Shown here in pieces: positions 9,829-15,358 of a DNA stretch of 64,000 nucleotides. The notes beneath the pieces are model-generated. The model searched no databases. It was not told the origin of the DNA and worked only from the letters and a program-made list of their open reading frames with translations. Position numbers and translations under genes: made by a program. This DNA is from a virus (lineage: Duplodnaviria > Caudoviricetes): positions 1 to 64,000 of the IMG/VR virus record IMGVR_UViG_2855946969_000005, one strand, 5' to 3'. Each line of letters opens with the position of its first letter. Within the stretch, counting starts at the first letter, position 1.

Positions 9829-9935
9829 GTTCTGAAGCTGATTCCACGTCGGCGCCAAGACGTGTCGCAACTCCCAAAGCCCCTTCCGGGGACACGCTGG
9901 ATATAGCGTGCGGGCGAATCGCTTTCAATCAGAGG

Positions 9936-10370
9936 TCAGAGACCGAGCGCGGCGCGGAGGCCTGCCTCGACACGCGCCATGTCCCACGGAGCCAGGAACT
10001 CGCCTCGGTAGCCCTGACCCGCGAGAACGCGGTCCAGCCTCGCGTGCGACACTCTGATGGGCGAAGCGCAACTCGCCCAGACATCCTTCGTGAAGGCTCG
10101 GTAGGATCGCGCCAGGAAGGGAACATCCCAGGGACCCTCCGTCCGAGGTGGCGTCGAGGTGCACGGAACAACGGTGCAGAGCCCCGGGCCAGCGCCGTGC
10201 CGGTGGTTGAGCCTATCGTCTGACACGACGATGGCCCGCCTGTTCTTCCATACCTCGGGAGCCGCCGAGACTGGCGGCTCATAGACAGGGAAGGTGTGCG
10301 GGTTCAGTGGGTCGGGCCCGAAGTAGCACATCAGGATTGCGCCACGGCGGGGCGTGAAGGTGATAGGCAC
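9936..10370 (-). CDS. PemK/MazF-family toxin
   Basis: PITFTPRRGAILMCYF...PE.WK.R.AIVVS...LCTVVPCTST. GTG start at 10370 inferred. Confidence 0.75.
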   Translation of the reverse strand: MPITFTPRRGAILMCYFGPDPLNPHTFPVYEPPVSAAPEVWKNRRAIVVSDDRLNHRHGAGPGLCTVVPCTSTPPRTEGPWDVPFLARSYRAFTKDVWASCASPIRVSHARLDRVLAGQGYRGEFLAPWDMARVEAGLRAALGL

Positions 10371-10377
10371 GATCGTA

Positions 10378-10800
10378 TCAGCGGCCGTGAGCTTGAGCGT
10401 CGGCGCAACTCTCAAGACAGCGCATGATCCACGCATTGAGCGACTGCCCCCTGGCGGAGGCCAGAGCTTCGATCCTGCTCTTCAGACTGTCGGGGATGCG
10501 AACCGTCACTCGGCTTTCGGCCTCACCTGCCTCAGGCTGAGGACCGAAGTGGCGTTCGATCAGATGGGCGAAGCGATGCTTTTCCATCCAAGACTGCGCC
10601 TGTGCTGGCGACAATGGTTCGATGTCCTCAAGCATTTCCTCGTGCGGCCCGCCATAACTCCAGTCACCGTGGTGGCGGAAGTATGCGCCGTGACGGGTCT
10701 GATACAGCGTGTCATGCAAGTGGCCGCCGTCCTGTTCGGCTTTTGCCAGCATCGTCGCCGTTTCAGTGTTGTAGGTCTTCCCGTCCAAGATGCGTTTCAT
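10378..10800 (-). CDS. probable antitoxin with C-terminal Arc/HicB-like ribbon-helix-helix
   Basis: C-terminal RVTVRIPDSLKSRIEALASARGQSLNAWIMRCLE. Directly upstream of the toxin. Confidence 0.7.
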   Translation of the reverse strand: MKRILDGKTYNTETATMLAKAEQDGGHLHDTLYQTRHGAYFRHHGDWSYGGPHEEMLEDIEPLSPAQAQSWMEKHRFAHLIERHFGPQPEAGEAESRVTVRIPDSLKSRIEALASARGQSLNAWIMRCLESCADAQAHGR

Positions 10801-10823
10801 CGCCTGCCTCACTTGGCGCACTC

Positions 10824-10869
10824 ACATGACGTCATGTAAAGGACTTGGCGTCATGTGTCAACAGTTGAC
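10824..10869. promoter_or_regulatory. palindromic operators upstream of the TA pair
   Basis: ACATGACGTCATGT and GTCAACAGTTGAC palindromes. Confidence 0.5.
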
Positions 10870-10935
10870 GTCGAGTGATGCATGGCTCCGCATGCCGCTA
10901 CCGCTCGGTAAGCAGGACGAGCCTATGCTCAGGGG

Positions 10936-11355
10936 ATGCGTGCCTCTACCGCCATGCTCGCCTGCCTAACTGCCCTGGTCGCGGCTGAGCCTGTCCGCGC
11001 GCAAGGTGCCCTGCATCCAGACTGTCGATGGTCGAAGGGCATGCGTGCGGATCCAACTCGCGAGTGCCCCGGCGATCCGGTCCTGCCCGTAGAACTGCCC
11101 CGCTACGATGTAGAGGCCGCGTGCCGCCGGCAGAACTTCAACCCTTCAACGTGCGTCGAGTATGTCCAGCCCTACTACGACCAATTGAAGGAAGTTTGGC
11201 TGCACTTGGACGAGGACCTGAAACGGCGCTGCACTGAGAAGTACCGCGAGAACATCCACGCCCGATACGTTCAGATCCACGCCTGCATCGACGCCGAACT
11301 CACGAGGCGCGAGCATCAGGACAAGCAGCACAACCCGACGCGCTTCCGGTACTGA
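10936..11355 (+). CDS. exported Cys-containing hypothetical protein
   Basis: Signal peptide (MRASTAMLACLTALVAAEPVRA), 6 Cys in the mature part. Confidence 0.7.
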   Translation: MRASTAMLACLTALVAAEPVRAQGALHPDCRWSKGMRADPTRECPGDPVLPVELPRYDVEAACRRQNFNPSTCVEYVQPYYDQLKEVWLHLDEDLKRRCTEKYRENIHARYVQIHACIDAELTRREHQDKQHNPTRFRY

Positions 11356-11363
11356 CCTGCTCG

Positions 11364-11420
11364 GACTTCTCCTCCCCAGATTACCCCTTGTTCAGGTTCG
11401 CGCGTTATGGGTGAGCCATG
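11364..11420 (+). promoter_or_regulatory. repeated 54-bp leader before exported-protein genes, copy 1 of 4
   Basis: GACTTCTCCT..ATTACCC.T.GTT....TCGCGCGTTATGG...CCATG. Other copies start at 11807, 14905 and 32835. Confidence 0.75.
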
Positions 11421-11792
11421 TACGCTCGTCTCGCTCCTCGCTTGATCACAGGTCTTTTGCTGCTGACCTCCAGCTTCGCGGCGGCTGCCGAAGACCAATA
11501 TGATCGCGATCTGCCGTATCTATTCAGCTGCGTGAACAAGAACCTGGGCGATCTGATCCCATCCGGGGAGCCGATCAAGACTATCAATGAGGCGGTACTG
11601 GAAATCTGCGAAAGCGAATTTGACCGCGCGCTAAATGAAATGACACGCGCTGCACTCAAGGATCCCGAGCGACCGCCCCACCTTACAGAGCGCCAAGTCT
11701 ATGCCTTCTTCAATGAGAAGATGCGCAAGATGCTGTTGGCCTATGCAATCAAGTTCAAGGCGACGGGCGGGCCTACCAGCTTGTCTAGATGA
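11418..11792 (+). CDS. exported hypothetical protein
   Basis: Signal peptide LITGLLLLTSSFAAAA, 2 Cys. Confidence 0.7.
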   Translation: MYARLAPRLITGLLLLTSSFAAAAEDQYDRDLPYLFSCVNKNLGDLIPSGEPIKTINEAVLEICESEFDRALNEMTRAALKDPERPPHLTERQVYAFFNEKMRKMLLAYAIKFKATGGPTSLSR

Positions 11793-11876
11793 TCCCGGGC
11801 CGACTCGGCTTCTCCTTCCCGCATTACCCTTCGTTGAGGATCGCGCGTTATGGAGAGACCATGCGCGCCTACGGCC

Positions 11877-12185
11877 TCAGTCGCGCTCCGCCCTTTCCCA
11901 CAAGAAGGACAGGGCTTGGTTGATCGCCTCCTCGGGAGTGTCACGATTCGTCCAGGGCAGATCCCAGTCGGCCCAGACCATCATCTTGACACGGCTCTCT
12001 CCGGTGCCGGGGTAGACGAGATCCGCATAAATCTCGCGCTGTATGTAAGACACAGTCGAGAATGTGCCGCGTAGGTTGTCACGCGCAACAATCCGGATGT
12101 GCTCGGTCACCCCGTTGACGCGAACGTAGAGTTCGACAGTCTTTGCAATCTCGTAGAACTCGGAGACGCCCTCGCGATTATACAT
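11877..12185 (-). CDS. hypothetical protein
   Basis: 102 aa, overlaps the stop of the XRE gene, protein-like composition. Confidence 0.55.
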   Translation of the reverse strand: MYNREGVSEFYEIAKTVELYVRVNGVTEHIRIVARDNLRGTFSTVSYIQREIYADLVYPGTGESRVKMMVWADWDLPWTNRDTPEEAINQALSFLWERAERD

Positions 12186-12420
12186 TCGTAGGCTCCTTCA
12201 ATCTCACGCCAGGGCCGCCCCCATTCTGAGAGATGAACTCCACGCCGGCCTCCTCAAACGCGCGCTGAACCGCCGCCAGGTTATTCGCCGAGGGCACGCG
12301 TCGGCCCTTCTCGAAATCCCGGATCGTGCTCTCGCTCAGGTTTGACAGGCGGGCGAGCTGCATCTGCGGCCAGTCCAGAAGGCCCCGAGCGGCCCGCGAC
12401 TGCGCGGGGGTGAGTGACAT
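12178..12420 (-). CDS. XRE-family HTH regulator (island 1)
   Basis: MSLTPAQSRAARGLLDWPQMQLA...TIRDFEKGRR...GVEFI...GGGPGVRL. Confidence 0.9.
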   Translation of the reverse strand: MSLTPAQSRAARGLLDWPQMQLARLSNLSESTIRDFEKGRRVPSANNLAAVQRAFEEAGVEFISQNGGGPGVRLKEPTNV

Positions 12421-12525
12421 AACGGCTCCATATCTCGGAAACCGTTTAGCACACACGGAAAGCGTTGACAGCGCCTAATTTCCACGGTATCCGTTGGTGG
12501 CACACGGAAACCGAGGGAAGCAGAC

Positions 12526-12822
12526 ATGTCCGTCCGGACCATCTCCTGGAACGCCGCCCTCCGCGATCTCCGCGACGACCGCACCAAGGTCCCAGCCGGC
12601 TTTGCAGGCTCCCGCGCCCTGGCGCAGACTTTCATCAAGACCCGCCGCCTTCCGCTCGTCGTCGCCGGTCAGTACGATCGCTCGGCCATCATGCAGGTCG
12701 CGATCCTCGCGGCGAAGGCGCACCAGGGCCGGTACGGCTCGACCTGGGGCGAGGCGCTCTCCGTCTCGCTGAAGGCGACGTGGCAACTCGCTAAGGCGGC
12801 GCGCGCCGCAACCCGGCACTAG
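12526..12822 (+). CDS. hypothetical protein, paralogue of 24773-25063
   Basis: RT.SWN.ALR...LVVAGQ.DR.AIM...RYG.TW.EA.SV.L.A.WQ...ATRH shared between the two copies. Confidence 0.8.
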   Translation: MSVRTISWNAALRDLRDDRTKVPAGFAGSRALAQTFIKTRRLPLVVAGQYDRSAIMQVAILAAKAHQGRYGSTWGEALSVSLKATWQLAKAARAATRH

Positions 12823-12890
12823 CCGACGCCGGGCACCTATACCCGGCACTCCCCCAACAATCTGTCTGCCCAACCCCAGGAGGTGAACCC

Positions 12891-13322
12891 GTGGGAATGA
12901 TAAACCGTGTCTCGAACCGGCGGGGGGTGCTTGCCGGGCTGGCGGCAGCACCCTTCGGAGGCGCCGTAGCCGCTGCTGTGGCGGCAGATCCTGATGCGAC
13001 CCTACTCGCGCTCGGAACCCGTTTTGAGGCCGCCTGGGCGCACGAGCGGAAAACGGACGCCCGATTCAAAGGCGACCTCTCGGCCGAGGCAGTCGCAGCC
13101 TGTGAGGCGGCGTACGCGGCCACGGGGCTGATCGCGGAAGAGATCGAGCCGATCCGCGCAAACACGCTCGCAGGCCTCTACGTTCGCGCCCGCGTCCTAC
13201 TCTGGTGCATGGGAAGCGATCCACTGATTGCTGAGCAGTTCTCAGACAGCCCGCCCGCTACCGACGTTCGAATGATCGTCAGCCTTGCGCAGGACGTGCT
13301 CCGGATCGGCGCCGCCCCGTGA
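12891..13322 (+). CDS. twin-arginine-like hypothetical protein
   Basis: NRRGVLAGLAAA...PDATLLALG...ANTLAGLYVRAR. Confidence 0.7.
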   Translation: MGMINRVSNRRGVLAGLAAAPFGGAVAAAVAADPDATLLALGTRFEAAWAHERKTDARFKGDLSAEAVAACEAAYAATGLIAEEIEPIRANTLAGLYVRARVLLWCMGSDPLIAEQFSDSPPATDVRMIVSLAQDVLRIGAAP

Positions 13323-13753
13323 CCTACGAAGAACTGATCGCCTCGCCGTTATGGGCGAGGCAGCGCCAGGAGGCGCTCGCCCGCGACGGCTTCCGCTGCC
13401 GGGGCTGCGACACGACCGAGGATCTTGAGGTCCACCACCGCCGCTACGGCGACCCGCTGGGGACCGAGACCGTCGACGATCTGACCACCCTCTGCCGGGA
13501 ATGCCACCATGCGATCACGGAAGTCATCCGCCGCCGCCGCTCCGCCGGACGCGCCCACATCGTCCCAGAAGCCGCACGCCGCATCCCAGGCGCTGCCGCA
13601 GGCTTCAGCGCCGAAAGGCTACCAGCGCCTCAACTTCAGGCTCACCGGCGTGTCCGGCCTGGTCATGCACAACGGCCAACTGGCGAACCCGCTGAACCCC
13701 TTCGCGAAGGCGCTGAAGGCGGTCTCGGGCAAGCGAGCGAAGACGGACGCTGA
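13319..13753 (+). CDS. HNH endonuclease
   Basis: RDGFRCRGC....LEVHHRRY...DLTTLCRECH. The C-terminal half overlaps the next gene in another frame. Confidence 0.8.
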   Translation: MTYEELIASPLWARQRQEALARDGFRCRGCDTTEDLEVHHRRYGDPLGTETVDDLTTLCRECHHAITEVIRRRRSAGRAHIVPEAARRIPGAAAGFSAERLPAPQLQAHRRVRPGHAQRPTGEPAEPLREGAEGGLGQASEDGR

Positions 13754-14183
13754 CTTCGAGGAGATGGCCCGGATCGAGTTCCTGGGCGGCCTCTACGTCG
13801 GCGAGGACGGCCCTTGCATCCCGGGCGAGTTGATCGAGGCCACGCTGATTTCGGCGGCCAAGAAGGTGAAGCGCGGCCCGCAGGCAAAGGCCGGCATCCT
13901 CTCGGATGGCAACCACCCGATCCTCTACGATGGCCCGCGCAACCCGGACGCCCTCTGGGCCGAGGAGCGCTTCCGGCTCGTGGCCGGCGTGAAGGTCGGG
14001 CAGGCTCGCATCATGCGGACGCGGCCGATCTTTCGCGAATGGTCGGCCGACGTGTTCGTGGATTTCATGCCCGACGCGCTCAACGCTTCCGAGGTGGAGC
14101 AGATGATGCGCACGGCGGGTTCGGTGATCGGCCTGGGCGATTGGCGCCCCAGGTTCGGACGGTTCACAGCCGAGAGGCTGTGA
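13509..14183 (+). CDS. stand-alone Cas7/RAMP-like RNA-binding protein (Vipr-like effector)
   Basis: First strand FRLTGVSGLVMHN, CIPGE.IEATL..AA, RTRPIFREW, and C-terminal Gly-rich loop AGSVIGLGDWRPRFGRF. GGY-NN arrays begin immediately downstream. Confidence 0.75.
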   Translation: MRSRKSSAAAAPPDAPTSSQKPHAASQALPQASAPKGYQRLNFRLTGVSGLVMHNGQLANPLNPFAKALKAVSGKRAKTDADFEEMARIEFLGGLYVGEDGPCIPGELIEATLISAAKKVKRGPQAKAGILSDGNHPILYDGPRNPDALWAEERFRLVAGVKVGQARIMRTRPIFREWSADVFVDFMPDALNASEVEQMMRTAGSVIGLGDWRPRFGRFTAERL

Positions 14184-14185
14184 AG

Positions 14186-14278
14186 GGCCTGTCGGGGCTG
14201 GTCACGGCTGGGTGCGCCATGGTCAGGCGAGGCGGGGCAAGGCAGGGGTGAAGGGCGGCTTCGGCCGTCCTTCCGCCT
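14186..14278 (+). ncRNA. putative guide RNA 1: 13 x 5-nt GGY-NN units plus terminal hairpin
   Basis: GGCCT GTCGG GGCTG GTCAC GGCTG GGTGC GCCAT GGTCA GGCGA GGCGG GGCAA GGCAG GGGTG, then hairpin GAAGGGCGGC-TTCG-GCCGTCCTTC and CGCCT. Confidence 0.8.
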
Positions 14279-14338
14279 GATGACTGTGAACTCCCATCGC
14301 GGATGAGCGCGATCGGCGTCCACAGCGTGGACGAGCCA

Positions 14339-14440
14339 GGCGGGCTAAGGCACGGCATGGCAAGCTGAGGCAAGACCGGGTTCGGCTTGGCAAGGCGAGG
14401 CAAGGGTGAAGGGGTCGGCTCGCGCCGGCCCCTTCCGCCT
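14339..14440 (+). ncRNA. putative guide RNA 2: 14 x 5-nt GGY-NN units plus terminal hairpin
   Basis: GGCGG GCTAA GGCAC GGCAT GGCAA GCTGA GGCAA GACCG GGTTC GGCTT GGCAA GGCGA GGCAA GGGTG, then hairpin GAAGGGGTCGGC-TCGC-GCCGGCCCCTTC and CGCCT. Two small hairpins precede it (14296-14313, 14317-14333). Confidence 0.8.
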
Positions 14441-14479
14441 TCCACCAGTCGGTAAGGAGAACGAGATCAGTATGCCCGC

Positions 14480-14896
14480 ATGGGCATTCTGCGCGGCCTC
14501 CTCTTGCTCGTCATCATCTTCGTGTTCGTGGCCATGCGCCGCGATCCGCCGGAACCTGATCCCGAGCCGGACCGCAACGTCACGGTCATCGAGAAGAACG
14601 TGCAGCCTCCGGCCGGGCGGCCCCCGCGTGCTGAGCCAAAGCCTCAGCCGCAGATATCGCCCACACCACAGGGCGCCGAGCGGCCCAAGCTTCAGTGCAT
14701 GATCACGCGAGCCGGCAATGGCTCGTACTCGTCCTATGATGGGGGCAAATCGGCGCTGGCCATCATGATGGCATGTCCGAACGACTATGCTGCGTGGGTC
14801 GCCTATTGTGAGACGAGCGGCCCGAACGAAGACGGGAGGTGCGATGTCGCTTTGGCTACCATGGTGCAGGTGATGCTGAAGCAAGCGGGGCGCTGA
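14480..14896 (+). CDS. membrane-anchored periplasmic hypothetical protein
   Basis: N-terminal TM segment, Pro-rich linker, 4-Cys domain. Confidence 0.65.
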   Translation: MGILRGLLLLVIIFVFVAMRRDPPEPDPEPDRNVTVIEKNVQPPAGRPPRAEPKPQPQISPTPQGAERPKLQCMITRAGNGSYSSYDGGKSALAIMMACPNDYAAWVAYCETSGPNEDGRCDVALATMVQVMLKQAGR

Positions 14897-14958
14897 CCCG
14901 CGCAGACTTCTCCTCCGGCTATTACCCTTCGTTGACGCTCGTGCGTTAAGGGCAGGCT

Positions 14959-15327
14959 ATGCGCGCTGCCCTCACCCTTATCTCCGTGCTGAGCCTAACC
15001 GTCAGCGCGCTAGCGGCTGAGCGAATCCCATCTTTTCCGAAGCGGACCAGTTACGACGACGCCCGAAATAGCCTGCGTGCGCTCGGCTGGGCGCCAGTCG
15101 TGCAAACGGGCCAGCGCTGTGGGACGGATGGTTGTTACGAGCGGTGCGCGCCAGGATTTGAAGCTCGGTGCCTCACCTACCCCGAGACGGCCATCTGCCG
15201 CGGGACAGGCTTGGCCGCCTGCGAGTTCCTGTGGAAGCGAAACGATGTGCTGATCGAGATCCGGACAATCGGTGAGGATGATCCGCCTACTGTCGCCGGG
15301 GTCAGTTGCAAGGTTAATTGTAGATAG
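14959..15327 (+). CDS. exported Cys-rich protein, candidate muramidase inhibitor
   Basis: Signal peptide, Y..AR..L...GW.P...C..YPE...C.GTG...C.F.W. Convergent with tape measure copy 2. Confidence 0.7.
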   Translation: MRAALTLISVLSLTVSALAAERIPSFPKRTSYDDARNSLRALGWAPVVQTGQRCGTDGCYERCAPGFEARCLTYPETAICRGTGLAACEFLWKRNDVLIEIRTIGEDDPPTVAGVSCKVNCR

Positions 15328-15358
15328 CCCCTGAGGCGTTGGCGCCCCAGGGTTCATC

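Noticed and set aside
14186-14440. CRISPR array or simple microsatellite
   Set aside because: There are no 25-45 bp repeats with unique spacers. The units vary only at defined positions and decode to specific genes, unlike slippage repeats.
14164-14445. Minus-strand ORF PLPRLAKPNPVLPQLAMPCL over the arrays
   Set aside because: Pro/Leu-rich by-product of the antisense pentamer repeat, with no RBS or operon context.
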